A stretch of DNA of 64,000 nt from an uncultured Solirubrobacterales bacterium (GCA_963759695.1 CAVXAO010000001.1:16259-80258), one strand, 5' to 3'; positions 47,479-56,869 are shown, counted from the stretch's first letter. The notes: generated by a model not told the origin, from the letters alone. Program-made: numbers and translations.

Positions 47479-49725
47479 ATGGCGACGACGGGGTCGGTCG
47501 GCGGTGATCAGGTTCTGCTCGAGCGCGGCCCCCTGCGGGTCGAGCTAGTCCTGCAGCCGTTCTCGCTGACGGTCAGGCGCGGCGGCCGGCGGTTGCTCCG
47601 CTCCTGCGGCCTGTGGGTCGCGGACGGGGTGGTGCAGGATCACTTCGTGCAGTTCACCGAGGGTGTGCTGGCGGCCGAGGAGCTCTCGCCGGCCGAGCGG
47701 GCGGTGCGCGCCGAGGTCGTGGCCAGCGGCTCGGACTGGATCGTGCTCGCGGTCAGGCTGCAGGGCGGCCGGGAGGCAACGCTGCGCGTCACGGTCGTCG
47801 ACGATCGCCGGATCGCGCTCGAGCTGCACGCCGATGAGGGACCGCTGCGGCTGGCCCTCGACTGGGACCGTCGATCGGAGGAGCGGTTCGTCGGCCTCGG
47901 GGCTCGCCACTGCACGCAGTTGGACCAGACGGGCCGCTCGGTGCAGCTCGGCGCCGATCGCCGCTACACCGGCCCCGACTGCCCGCCCGAGATGCTCGCC
48001 GCGGGCGGCATCCCCCAGGGGGACTGCGCGCCCGTGCCGTGGTTGGTGTCGAGTCGGGGATACGCGGTGTGGGTGAGGACGGAGGCCAATGGCACCCGCT
48101 TCGAGCTCGGCGGCGAGCGCGTGTCGGTCTCGACCCGCGCCAAGGCCGGCCCGCTGTGGGTGGAGCTGCTCTGCGATCGCACGCCGGCGGCCCGCCTCCG
48201 CGCGTTCTGCCGGCTCACCGGGTTCCCCATGGTCCTCCCCGAGTGGGCGTACGGATACTGGAAGAGCCGCGACGTCCACGAGCACCAGGACGACGTGTTC
48301 GACGAACTTCGCGGCTTTCGCGAGCACGGGATCGCGCTCGACGCGATCGTGATCGACTCGCCGTGGGCAACGCAGTACAACACGTGGGAGTTCAACCCCA
48401 ACCAGTTCCCCGACGCCCAGGGGATGATCTCGACGCTGCGCTCCGACGGCGTCCGGACGGTCGTATGGGTCACGCCGTGGATCAACATCGATTCGAGCGA
48501 TGGTCAGATCCCGCCGCAGTCCGAATCCGAGCGGCTGCACCAGAAGCCCGCGCCGAACTACGCGCCGGCGGCCGCCGCGGGCCATTTCGTTCGCGAGCCG
48601 AACGGCGAGCCGTTCGTCGCGCAATGGTGGATGGGAACCGGCTCGCCGCTGGATCTGAGCAGCGCCGCGGCCGACCGTTGGTGGCGCGAGCAGGCCAAGC
48701 GCGTGCTCGAGCTCGGGGTCGAGGGGATCAAGGCGGACGACGGCGAGGGCTACTACATCCCCGATCACGTCCGGCTGGCCGACGGCCGCAGCGGCGCGGA
48801 GGCCGCGTGGGCGCTGGGCGGCCTCCATCGCGAATGCCTCCAGCGGGCCCTCGATGACGTCCATCCGGGCACCGGCGTTCTGTTCGGACGCAGCGGCTGG
48901 ACCTCCCAGCACGCCACCGGGCTGACGTGGGCGGGCGACCAGGCGTCCGACTTCTGGTCGCTGCGCACGCTGGTCGTGGCGACGCTGGCGGCCGCCAGCA
49001 GCGGGATCTCGAACTGGTCGCACGACGTCGGCGGCTACCTCGGCCACCGACTGGTCGAGCGCTGCCCACCGGAGCTGATGGTGCGCTGGCTTCAGTTCGG
49101 GTGCTTCACCCCGCTGATGCAGGCCCACAGCCGGATGGCGCAGGAGCCGTGGAAATACAGCCAGCGCGTGCTCGAGCTCTACCGCGGCTACGTGCTGCTG
49201 CACGAGCAGCTCGTCCCGTACGTGCGTGCGGCTGCCGCCAGCGCAGCCCGCACCGGTCTGCCGATCATCCGGCCGCTGTGTCTGCTCGACCCTGGCGACG
49301 AGCGTGGTTGGTCTGTTTCCGACGCCTACGGTTACGGACCGGCGCTGTGGGTGGCTCCAGTGCTCCACGAGGGAGCGCGCGAGCGTGAGGTGGCGCTGCC
49401 GGAGGGCGACTGGATCGAGACCTGGTCGGGGGCTTGTGTGCGCGGCGGGGTCGAAGTCGTGGTGCCGGCGCCACTCGAGCGGATCCCGGTGTGGGTACGG
49501 GCCGGCTCGATCGTTGTGAGTTATCCAGCCGGGCACGTCGAGCGCGGGCTGGGCGACGTTCCGGAATCGGAGCGGCCGCTGGTGGCGACGTTGTGGGGCC
49601 GCCCGCGATGCGGCCGCGCGGTGGCGCGCCTCGCCGACGGCACCCGGATCGGACGGCACCGCGGTTCGTGGTCGGCGTCGCCGGAGCGGGACGTGACGTT
49701 TGAGGTGCGCGGGGCGGACGCGTAG
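47479..49725 (+). CDS. Glycoside hydrolase family 31 (alpha-glucosidase/xylosidase-like)
   Basis: ORF track, 748 aa. ...WKSRDVHEHQDDV...DAIVIDSPW...VVWVTPWIN...GIKADDGEGYY...WAGDQASDFWSL.... Confidence 0.8.
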   Translation: MATTGSVGGDQVLLERGPLRVELVLQPFSLTVRRGGRRLLRSCGLWVADGVVQDHFVQFTEGVLAAEELSPAERAVRAEVVASGSDWIVLAVRLQGGREATLRVTVVDDRRIALELHADEGPLRLALDWDRRSEERFVGLGARHCTQLDQTGRSVQLGADRRYTGPDCPPEMLAAGGIPQGDCAPVPWLVSSRGYAVWVRTEANGTRFELGGERVSVSTRAKAGPLWVELLCDRTPAARLRAFCRLTGFPMVLPEWAYGYWKSRDVHEHQDDVFDELRGFREHGIALDAIVIDSPWATQYNTWEFNPNQFPDAQGMISTLRSDGVRTVVWVTPWINIDSSDGQIPPQSESERLHQKPAPNYAPAAAAGHFVREPNGEPFVAQWWMGTGSPLDLSSAAADRWWREQAKRVLELGVEGIKADDGEGYYIPDHVRLADGRSGAEAAWALGGLHRECLQRALDDVHPGTGVLFGRSGWTSQHATGLTWAGDQASDFWSLRTLVVATLAAASSGISNWSHDVGGYLGHRLVERCPPELMVRWLQFGCFTPLMQAHSRMAQEPWKYSQRVLELYRGYVLLHEQLVPYVRAAAASAARTGLPIIRPLCLLDPGDERGWSVSDAYGYGPALWVAPVLHEGAREREVALPEGDWIETWSGACVRGGVEVVVPAPLERIPVWVRAGSIVVSYPAGHVERGLGDVPESERPLVATLWGRPRCGRAVARLADGTRIGRHRGSWSASPERDVTFEVRGADA

Positions 49726-49735
49726 GCTCGTCCTC

Positions 49736-50086
49736 GTGATCGTCAGTGAGTCGTTCGTGGTCGCAGATTGGACGGACCCGGGCACCCATCCCGGGCGCCC
49801 GATCGCCGGCCTTCACCTGCACCGCTCCGACGACGAGGCCTGGTTCGTGCTTAAGGGGCGACTCGAGTTCCGAGTGGGGGACGACGTGCGCTCGGTCGGT
49901 GCCGGCGAGTCGATCCTGGTCACCCGTGGCACCCCCCACTCGTTCTGGAACCCGGCGGCGGAGCCGGCGCGATACCTGCTCGTGATGGCGCCTCGGATCC
50001 ACCAGTTGGTCGAGGCGCTCCACGCCGGAGATCGCACCGACTACGCCTCGATCTTCGAGGAGTACGACTCGGAGCTGCTCTCGTAG
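49736..50086 (+). CDS. Cupin-domain protein
   Basis: Trimmed to GTG 49736. ...GLHLHRSDDEAWFVLKGRLEFRVGDD...ILVTRGTPHSFWN.... Confidence 0.65.
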   Translation: MIVSESFVVADWTDPGTHPGRPIAGLHLHRSDDEAWFVLKGRLEFRVGDDVRSVGAGESILVTRGTPHSFWNPAAEPARYLLVMAPRIHQLVEALHAGDRTDYASIFEEYDSELLS

Positions 50087-50095
50087 TCGCTCCGG

Positions 50096-50407
50096 TCAGG
50101 GGCGCCGCTTGCCCTCCCACGCATCCTCGAGGAGCTCTTGGAGCAGCGCCTCGTCGGCTCGCGGCAGCGCGACCCTGACCGCGGCGAGCCGCTTGCCCCA
50201 CCAGACCTCGGTGCACGTCTCGGGGTGCTCCTGAGTGGCGGTCAGGATGCCCGGCTCGTCGAGCATCACGTTCATGTGCTCGGGGTCCCAGAGGGTGGCG
50301 AAGATCCGGCGCGAGACGCAGAACGATGGACGACCGTGGTGATCCTGCTCGACCGCGTCCGGCAGCGAGAGCGCAAGGCGGCGAGCGTCGTCGGCGGACA
50401 GCGGCAC
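50096..50407 (-). CDS. MmcQ/YjbR-family protein
   Basis: Trimmed to GTG 50407: VPLSADDARRLALSLPDAVEQDHHGRPSFCVSRRIFATLWDPEHMNVML.... Confidence 0.55.
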   Translation of the reverse strand: MPLSADDARRLALSLPDAVEQDHHGRPSFCVSRRIFATLWDPEHMNVMLDEPGILTATQEHPETCTEVWWGKRLAAVRVALPRADEALLQELLEDAWEGKRRP

Positions 50408-50441
50408 GGGCGCAAGCCTACGCCGCGGGATAATTCCGGCC

Positions 50442-51056
50442 GTGCCGGAGTTCGCCCAGCCCCTGCGAGCAGAGGACGTCGATCCCGATCCGCTGCGCCA
50501 GTTCGCGATCTGGTTCGAGGCGGCGACGGAGGCTGGAGTGCGGGCGCCGGAGGCCGTCGTGCTCGCCACCGCGTCGCCGGAGGCGGTGCCCTCCGCCCGC
50601 ATGGTGCTGCTCAAGCAGTACGACGAGCGCGGGTTCGTGATGTTCACGAACTACGAGAGCCGGAAGGCCCTCGAGCTGGCCGCCAATCCGCGCGCAGCGC
50701 TGCTGTTCTACTGGGATGCTCTCGGCCGGCAGGTCCGGATCGAAGGCCCGGTGCAGCGGGTGAGTGTCGAGGAGTCGGCGGCGTACGTGCGCAGCCGGCC
50801 GCGGGGGAGTCAATTGAGCGCACTGGCATCTCCCCAGAGCCGGCCGATCGCCAGCCGCGAGGCACTAGAGGCGCGGGTCGCGGAGCTCGGGGCGCGCTAC
50901 GAGGGGGAAGAGCTCCCGATCCCTGATAGCTGGGGCGGTTTTCGCGTGGACCCCGAGAGCTACGAGTTCTGGCAGCACCGCGAGGATCGGCTCCATGATC
51001 GGCTGCTCTACACGCGCCGGGGCGGCGAGTGGACGCTCGAGCGGCTGGCGCCCTAA
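50442..51056 (+). CDS. pdxH: Pyridoxamine 5'-phosphate oxidase
   Basis: ORF track, 204 aa. ...PSARMVLLKQYDERGFVMFTNYESRK...LLFYWDALGRQVRIEG...WGGFRVDPESYEFWQHREDRLHDRL.... Confidence 0.9.
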   Translation: MPEFAQPLRAEDVDPDPLRQFAIWFEAATEAGVRAPEAVVLATASPEAVPSARMVLLKQYDERGFVMFTNYESRKALELAANPRAALLFYWDALGRQVRIEGPVQRVSVEESAAYVRSRPRGSQLSALASPQSRPIASREALEARVAELGARYEGEELPIPDSWGGFRVDPESYEFWQHREDRLHDRLLYTRRGGEWTLERLAP

Positions 51057-51081
51057 GGCTCATGGCGGGCCCGCCCCGGGA

Positions 51082-51186
51082 CCTGCGGCCCCCCGGCCTG
51101 CGGCCCCCCGGCCTGCGGCCCCCCGGCGTGCGGCCCCCCGGCGTGCGGCTCCCCCGGCCTGCGGCCCCCCGGCCTGCGGCCCCGGG
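51082..51186. repeat. Tandem repeat, about 7 units of 15-16 nt (CCTGCGGCCCCCCGG)
   Basis: Units start at 51082, 51097, 51112, 51127, 51142, 51158 and 51173. Intergenic, between the pdxH stop and the YceH-like gene. Confidence 0.9.
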
Positions 51187-51190
51187 GGAT

Positions 51191-51229
51191 TTGGGACATT
51201 TTCTTCGTATATGGCATGAAATATCCCAA
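51191..51229. promoter_or_regulatory. AT-rich 11-bp inverted repeat (TTGGGACATTT / AAATATCCCAA) with a 17-nt spacer containing TATATG
   Basis: Arms at 51191-51201 and 51219-51229, matching at 10 of 11 positions. Lies 60 nt upstream of ATG 51291. Confidence 0.3.
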
Positions 51230-51290
51230 GCCCCCCCAGCGCCCTAGGCGTCTCGGCGGCGACACCGCGCGCCGGGTTATTCTCGGGGCC

Positions 51291-51944
51291 ATGCACTTCG
51301 CCGAGCTGACTCCGCCCGAGCAGCGGGTGCTCGGTTGCCTGATCGAGAAGCGCTGGACGACGCCCGATCAGTATCCGCTGTCGCTCAACGCGCTGAGGCT
51401 GGCCTGCAACCAGTCGACGAACCGCGATCCGGTTACCGACTACGACGAGTCCACGGTTCGCGAGGCGGCCCAGCGGCTCTCTCGATATGGACTGGCTCGC
51501 CTGGCGAGCGGGCACGGAAGTCGAGCGGCCAAGTACCGCCACCTGGCCGAAGATGCGCTCGGCCTGGGGCGCGAGGAGCTCGCCATCCTCGCGGTGCTGC
51601 TGCTGCGCGGCGCGCAGACCCCGGGGGAGCTGAAGGGGCGGACCGAGCGGATGGCGCAGCTCGGGTCGCTGGACGAGGTCGATCGCGTGCTGGCGGTGCT
51701 GATCGACCGCGGCTACGCGAGACGGCTGGAGCGCCGTCCCGGCCAGAAGGAGGACCGCTTCGAGCAGCTGCTCGGTGGCGATGGTGCCGCGGACTCGGAC
51801 CCGTCGGCTCCGGCGCTCGCCCCGCTGTCGGCGCCCTCCGGCTCTGTGCCGGGTCACGACGGCGAGCTCGCGGCCCGCGTCGATGCCCTCGAGGCGGCGG
51901 TCGCGAGCCTGCGGGCCGAGCTCGCCGCCATGCGCGAGGGCTGA
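51291..51944 (+). CDS. YceH-like (DUF480) protein
   Basis: Trimmed to ATG 51291: MHFAELTPPEQRVLGCLIEKRWTTPDQYPLSLNALRLACNQSTNRDPV...LLLRGAQTPGELK...RPGQKEDRFEQLL. It tracks E. coli YceH motif for motif. Confidence 0.8.
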   Translation: MHFAELTPPEQRVLGCLIEKRWTTPDQYPLSLNALRLACNQSTNRDPVTDYDESTVREAAQRLSRYGLARLASGHGSRAAKYRHLAEDALGLGREELAILAVLLLRGAQTPGELKGRTERMAQLGSLDEVDRVLAVLIDRGYARRLERRPGQKEDRFEQLLGGDGAADSDPSAPALAPLSAPSGSVPGHDGELAARVDALEAAVASLRAELAAMREG

Positions 51945-51954
51945 TCGTCCGCGG

Positions 51955-53154
51955 CTACGTGGGAAGCGCCAAACCGACCAGGTACGTGGCGCCACCGACG
52001 ATCACGCCGGCGAGTGTCATCTCGAGCCCCGCCGACCACCAGCTGCGAAGCGTCACGAGCGACTTCGCGGCGCCGACGAGGAAATGCGCTATCAGCGACA
52101 CGATCGCGGCGGCGACGATCGCCGCGGTCCCGGTCGTGATCATGAACGGGATCACCGGGATGATCGCGCCGAGCCCCGTGGAGACGCCGGCGGCGAGCGC
52201 GGCCTGGGCCGGGTCGCCGCCACCGGTGGCGGCGCTGCCGAACTCCTCGGCGGAAAGCGTCTGGAGCATCGCGTCGGGGTGCGTGGACAGCCGCTCGGCG
52301 AGCTCATCGGCGGTCTTCTCGTCGATCCCCTTCAGCTGGTAGAAGAGGGAGAGCTCCTCCTTCTCCTCCTCGGGGTGCTCGGCGATCTCCTGGCGCTCAC
52401 GCTCGACATTGGCCGCCGCGACCTCCTCCTCTGACCGCTCCGCCAGGAATGCCCCGGTGGCCATCGACAGGGCGGAGGCGATCGCGCCGGCGAGACCGGC
52501 GGTGAGCACCGCATTCGATCCGCCGGTCGCGCCCGAGACGCCGGCGACGATCCCGAACACGGCGGCCAGACCGTCGTTCGCGCCGTAGATGGCGCCGGAG
52601 ATCCAGCCGCCGCCGGTCGTGTGCCACTTCTCGCGGCCGAGGATCCGGTCGAGCCTCGTCCGGGCGCCTGGGACCGCAAGCGGCGTGGCCGCAGAAGCGG
52701 GCTCTGACCTCAGCTCGTTCGCTCCGCCGACCGAGCCGGCGCGCATGTCCTGGACGGCCAGCGAATGGGAGCGCTCCTCCTTGCGGATGTCGCGCAGGAG
52801 CCGGTCGGTCACCGGGTCGCCCGTCGAGCGTTTGTAGACGTCGTCGACCTCCTCGTCCTCCGCGGCCTCCCGCGCGGCGAGCAGGCGGTCGACCGGGGCG
52901 ATCCTCGCCTGGAGTCGGAGCCATAGCGGCACATGGACCGAGGCGGCGTCGGGAACGTCGATGTCGAGCTCCTGCATCCGCGCCTCGAGTCGCTGACGGT
53001 GGCCGCTCTCGGCCCGCGCCATCTTCCGGAGGATGTCCGCCTCGCGGTCCGGCATCCGCCGGGCGATCAGGTCGTAGACGTCCCCGGCGATGATCTCGCC
53101 GCGCCACGCCTTCAGGAGGCGGTCGCGAACGTCATCCGGAGCGTCGCTGCCCAT
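51955..53154 (-). CDS. VIT1/CCC1-family iron/manganese transporter with an N-terminal ferritin-like (rubrerythrin-type) domain
   Basis: ORF track, 399 aa. ...EIIAGDVYDLIA...ESGHRQRL...EERSH.... followed by ...GAIYGANDGLAAVFGIVAGVSG... and C-terminal TM helices. Confidence 0.75.
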   Translation of the reverse strand: MGSDAPDDVRDRLLKAWRGEIIAGDVYDLIARRMPDREADILRKMARAESGHRQRLEARMQELDIDVPDAASVHVPLWLRLQARIAPVDRLLAAREAAEDEEVDDVYKRSTGDPVTDRLLRDIRKEERSHSLAVQDMRAGSVGGANELRSEPASAATPLAVPGARTRLDRILGREKWHTTGGGWISGAIYGANDGLAAVFGIVAGVSGATGGSNAVLTAGLAGAIASALSMATGAFLAERSEEEVAAANVERERQEIAEHPEEEKEELSLFYQLKGIDEKTADELAERLSTHPDAMLQTLSAEEFGSAATGGGDPAQAALAAGVSTGLGAIIPVIPFMITTGTAAIVAAAIVSLIAHFLVGAAKSLVTLRSWWSAGLEMTLAGVIVGGATYLVGLALPT

Positions 53155-53212
53155 GCGGGCTCAGAGCGTAATCAGTCGTCGCTGACGTTGTCGGTACTCG
53201 TCCCGCTCGCGG

Positions 53213-54286
53213 CTAGAGGATCCCGATCTCCGAGTTGTCGCCGACGAGGAACCGGTAGGCCCGAGGCTGGTGCTGGTCGCGGCCGATCTTGACGTTGCGG
53301 CCGAGCAGCGATGACTCCATCCGGCCGTCGAGATCGTGGACGGCCGCGCCGGCCAGCAGGATCGAGTGCTCGACCTCGGCGTTCTGGATCGTGCACCCCT
53401 CACCGATCGCGGTGTATGGGCCGACGTAGCAGTCGGTCAGCTGCGCGCCCCTCCCGATGATCGCCGGCCCGCGGACGGCACAGCGCTCGAGTCGCGCGCC
53501 GAGCTCGATCACGACCCGACCGTCGACCTGTGAGTCGACGAGCTCCCCCTCGAGCCGGCGCTGGATCGTGTCGAGTACGAGCCGGTTGGCGGCCAGCATG
53601 TCCTCCAGCCGTCCGGTGTCCTTCCACCAGCCTCGGACGATGTGCGGCTCGACCCTGTTGCCTTGATCGACGAGGTGCTGAATTGCGTCGGTGATCTCGA
53701 GCTCGCCGCGCGGCGAGGGCTCGATCGCCTTCGCCGCATCGTGGACGCACGACGTGAACATGTAGACGCCCACGAGCGCCAGATCCGTCTTCGGATCCGG
53801 TGGCTTCTCGATCAGTCGGGTCACCTTGCCGTTGCTGAGCTCGGCGACTCCGTAGTTCTCGGGGTCCGGTACCGGGGTCAGCAGGATCAGCGCGTCCGGT
53901 CCTTGCTCGCGGAACGACGCGACGAGGTCCTCGATGCCGCCCTGCAGCAGGTTGTCGCCCAGGTACATGACGAATGGCGACTCCCCGAGGTAGGGCTCCG
54001 CGGTCAGCACCGCGTGCGCCAGGCCGAGCGGCTCGTCCTGGACGATGTAGGAGAGCTTCACGCCGAATCGCGACCCGTCTCCGGCTGCCGCCCGGACCTC
54101 GTCGCCCGTCTCGGGCGCGATGATGATGCCGACGTCGGCGATGCCGGCGTTAGCCATCGCCTCGATGCCGTAGAACAACACGGGCTTGTTGGCGACCGGC
54201 ACGAGCTGTTTGGCGCTGGTGTGCGTGATTGGCCGCAGCCGCGTGCCCTTGCCGCCGGACAGGATCAGGCCCTTGAGGTGCTCCAT
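53213..54286 (-). CDS. Glucose-1-phosphate thymidylyl/nucleotidyltransferase, long form with a C-terminal left-handed beta-helix
   Basis: ORF track, 357 aa: MEHLKGLILSGGKGTRLRPITHTSAKQLVPVANKPVLFYGIEAM.... Confidence 0.8.
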   Translation of the reverse strand: MEHLKGLILSGGKGTRLRPITHTSAKQLVPVANKPVLFYGIEAMANAGIADVGIIIAPETGDEVRAAAGDGSRFGVKLSYIVQDEPLGLAHAVLTAEPYLGESPFVMYLGDNLLQGGIEDLVASFREQGPDALILLTPVPDPENYGVAELSNGKVTRLIEKPPDPKTDLALVGVYMFTSCVHDAAKAIEPSPRGELEITDAIQHLVDQGNRVEPHIVRGWWKDTGRLEDMLAANRLVLDTIQRRLEGELVDSQVDGRVVIELGARLERCAVRGPAIIGRGAQLTDCYVGPYTAIGEGCTIQNAEVEHSILLAGAAVHDLDGRMESSLLGRNVKIGRDQHQPRAYRFLVGDNSEIGIL

Positions 54287-54326
54287 TGCCGGCTGAGCGT
54301 ACCGAGCGACCGCTTGTACCCGGCGC

Positions 54327-54764
54327 TTAGTACACGCCTCCGAGTTTTCCGTGATCCCAACCGACGATCCGTTGGGGGACGAACTGAAGCGCCACCCGCT
54401 TGGCCGCCTGGGCGCGGATCATCTGCTCGAGCTCGGGGCCGCCGCCGCCAGATCCGTAGCGGGGCAACAGCTGCCTGCCGAACTCCGCCACGGCTTCCTT
54501 CTCCCTGTGGATGACGGTCTGCGCCTCGATCATCACCCCGCGCAGCTCGTGGTACCCCTCCCCGTCCTCCACCTGCAACGTGGCCCGCGGATCGCGTTCG
54601 AGGTTTCGCACCTTTTGGGATCTTGCGTAGGTCCACGCCCAGAGCTCGCCGTCCCGGATCAGATACCAGAGCGGCATCAGATGCGGCCAACCATGGCGGC
54701 CGTTGGTCGCGCAGATCACCACCCGCTGCTCGCCGAGGAAGACCGCGATCTCCTCGGAGCTCAT
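54327..54764 (-). CDS. PPOX-class (pyridoxamine-phosphate-oxidase-like, probably F420/FMN-dependent) enzyme
   Basis: Trimmed to ATG 54764: MSSEEIAVFLGEQRVVICATNGRHGWPHLMPLWYLIRDGELWAWTYARSQKVRNLERDPRATL.... Confidence 0.65.
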   Translation of the reverse strand: MSSEEIAVFLGEQRVVICATNGRHGWPHLMPLWYLIRDGELWAWTYARSQKVRNLERDPRATLQVEDGEGYHELRGVMIEAQTVIHREKEAVAEFGRQLLPRYGSGGGGPELEQMIRAQAAKRVALQFVPQRIVGWDHGKLGGVY

Positions 54765-54784
54765 GCGGATCTGATCGCGCCGGC

Positions 54785-56869
54785 TCAACGGGCGATCGAG
54801 CCGGCGGCCGCGGCGATCGCTTCGGCCGCGGTGCGGACGGCGTCGCGCGCGTCCTCGGGTTCGAGCACGACGGCGTCGCCCGCCTCCTTGAGGACGTCGC
54901 GCACCAGGTAGCGGAGGCCCGCAAAGCTGCGCTCGACGATCACCGACCCGTCCTTGAGCTCGCTGATCACCCGGCGCTCCTCGCGCGCCCATCGCGCCCG
55001 TTCGGGCGAGATCCACACACGCGCGCGACGCGACGCGGGCACCTCGCCGGTGCGCGGCCAGCCGTCGACGTCGGCGGCCGGATCGACGTCCGGACGGGGC
55101 TCGAAGCGCTGGTCGCTGACGGCCGCGGACTTGATCCGGTCGAGCCGGAAGTGGCGGACGTCCTCGCGCGCGGGGTCGAATGTGGCCACGTACCAGCCCT
55201 CCCGGCCGTTGATCAGCGCGTAGGGCTCCACTACCCGGGCCGAGAACTCATCCTCGTTCTCCTTGTAGTACTCGAACGAGAGCAGCCGGCGATTGGCGAT
55301 CGCGCGCGAGACGACGGCCGCGATCTCTGTGTCGTCCCCGGACGGCGATGCGACCTGAAGGCCCTCGTGGACCGGATCCTCGCCGAGTGCGCCGACCACC
55401 TTCTCCCGCACCGAGGCGAGCGATCCCTCCGGGATGTGCTCGCCGATCAGGTCGATCGCCGCGACGAGTGCCTTGGCCTCGACCGGCAGCAGCCGCGCGG
55501 GGCGAGCGAACGAGTCGCCGTACGGCTCGGGGTCGACCTCGATCATTCCGTCGGCCACGATCTCCGCGTACAGCACGTAGGTCCCCGCGCCGAAGTTGAC
55601 GACGTTCAGGACGGAGATGTCCTCGTGCAGCTCCTGCTCAGAGATGTTGAGCGACCGGCACACGTCGACGGCCGTGAGCCGACGCCCGCCGCGACCGGCC
55701 TCGATCAGGATGCTCGCGAGCGTCACCAGCCGCGCAAACCGCTCCGGCCGAATCGCGGCCTCCGGATTGTGCCCGTTGCCCGTGTCGGCCTCAGCCGGTT
55801 CCGAAGGCGCCAGGGCGGCCGCGGTTGGCGCCACGGGCGCCGAGAGCTCGGGGTCGCCGGTGTGGCGGTCGGTCAGTAGCTTGATGCGGTCGAGGAGCTC
55901 CGTGACCAGCTCCGGCGGACTGATGATCCGCGCGTGCTCGCCAAGGCCCAGCACCCAGGCGATCAGCTGGCGCGAATCGGCGTAGCTCGTGACGAACACC
56001 CGGTCGCCGTCGTCGCCGGCGGGTCGCATCTCGCCGTAGAGCCCGAAATGGCGCTCGATCTGCCACGCGATCCGGCTTCCGATCCACACCTCGGCGACGC
56101 CGATCGGCGGCCCGAACTGCCAGTCGATCCGGTTGGCGTAGGGGCGTGGGTCGAAATCGGCCGGGCGCTGAAAATCGTGCTCGGCCTTGGTCGCGTAGCC
56201 GACCTTGCCGCGGATCCGCGAGAGCCGGAAGACCCGAATCGCCCCGCGCTCATGGGATTTCCCGACCAGATAGAACTGCCCACCCTGGTACAGGAGCTGG
56301 TAGGGATCGACCCGGCGGGTCCCGACGTCGCCGCGCGCCATCGTGTAGTAGTCGAACAGGATCGTCTTGCGGCGGAAGATCGCGGTCTCGATCTTGGCCA
56401 GGCGCTGGGAGATCTCGTGCCCGCCGGCGGCGCCGGTGATCCCGAGCGCCACCGTGTGCTGCTCGGGCGCGCTCAGCGGGCTGGGGCGGCCCCAGGAGAT
56501 CTGCTGGAGGGCGAGGCGCAGCGGCTCGGCGTAGGCGAACTCCCCGTCGAGGAGCTGAAGGGCCGTGTGCAGCGCGGCCAGCTCCTGGTCGGTGAACTCG
56601 ATCGGAGGCAGGTGGAAGTTCTCCGACGGGAGCGAGTAGTTCTCCTGCTCGACGAGGCCGTCGACCGGCTTCTCGACCGAGAGCACGATCCCGAGCGCCT
56701 CGAGCTCGGAGCGGTCGGCGTAGAACCGTCGTGCGAACGCATCCTCGTTCATCACGCTGTAGCCCTCGACATCGCGCCGGATCTCCTGCGCGGTGACCGG
56801 GCGCCGCTCCGCCATCAGGTACGAGATCAGTGACAGCTGACGAATCAGCTTTTCGGTGTCCTTCGCCAT
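54785..56869 (-). CDS. Fused PafB-PafC-like regulator (two tandem HTH-WYL modules in one polypeptide)
   Basis: The 826-aa track ORF was trimmed to ATG 56869: MAKDTEKLIRQLSLISYLMAERRPVTAQEI...RRVDPYQLLYQGGQFYLVG.... The second module is ...RFARLVTLASILIEAGRGGRRLT...RVVEPYALINGREGWYVATF.... Confidence 0.75.
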   Translation of the reverse strand: MAKDTEKLIRQLSLISYLMAERRPVTAQEIRRDVEGYSVMNEDAFARRFYADRSELEALGIVLSVEKPVDGLVEQENYSLPSENFHLPPIEFTDQELAALHTALQLLDGEFAYAEPLRLALQQISWGRPSPLSAPEQHTVALGITGAAGGHEISQRLAKIETAIFRRKTILFDYYTMARGDVGTRRVDPYQLLYQGGQFYLVGKSHERGAIRVFRLSRIRGKVGYATKAEHDFQRPADFDPRPYANRIDWQFGPPIGVAEVWIGSRIAWQIERHFGLYGEMRPAGDDGDRVFVTSYADSRQLIAWVLGLGEHARIISPPELVTELLDRIKLLTDRHTGDPELSAPVAPTAAALAPSEPAEADTGNGHNPEAAIRPERFARLVTLASILIEAGRGGRRLTAVDVCRSLNISEQELHEDISVLNVVNFGAGTYVLYAEIVADGMIEVDPEPYGDSFARPARLLPVEAKALVAAIDLIGEHIPEGSLASVREKVVGALGEDPVHEGLQVASPSGDDTEIAAVVSRAIANRRLLSFEYYKENEDEFSARVVEPYALINGREGWYVATFDPAREDVRHFRLDRIKSAAVSDQRFEPRPDVDPAADVDGWPRTGEVPASRRARVWISPERARWAREERRVISELKDGSVIVERSFAGLRYLVRDVLKEAGDAVVLEPEDARDAVRTAAEAIAAAAGSIAR

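Noticed and set aside
51029-51247. Pro/Gly-rich repeat ORFs (…PPGLRPPGLRPPGVRPPGV…) on both strands as collagen-like or PE/PPE-like genes
   Set aside because: They are a by-product of a 15-nt tandem repeat being a multiple of 3. There is no SD or plausible start, they are open on both strands, and they lie in a short intergenic gap.
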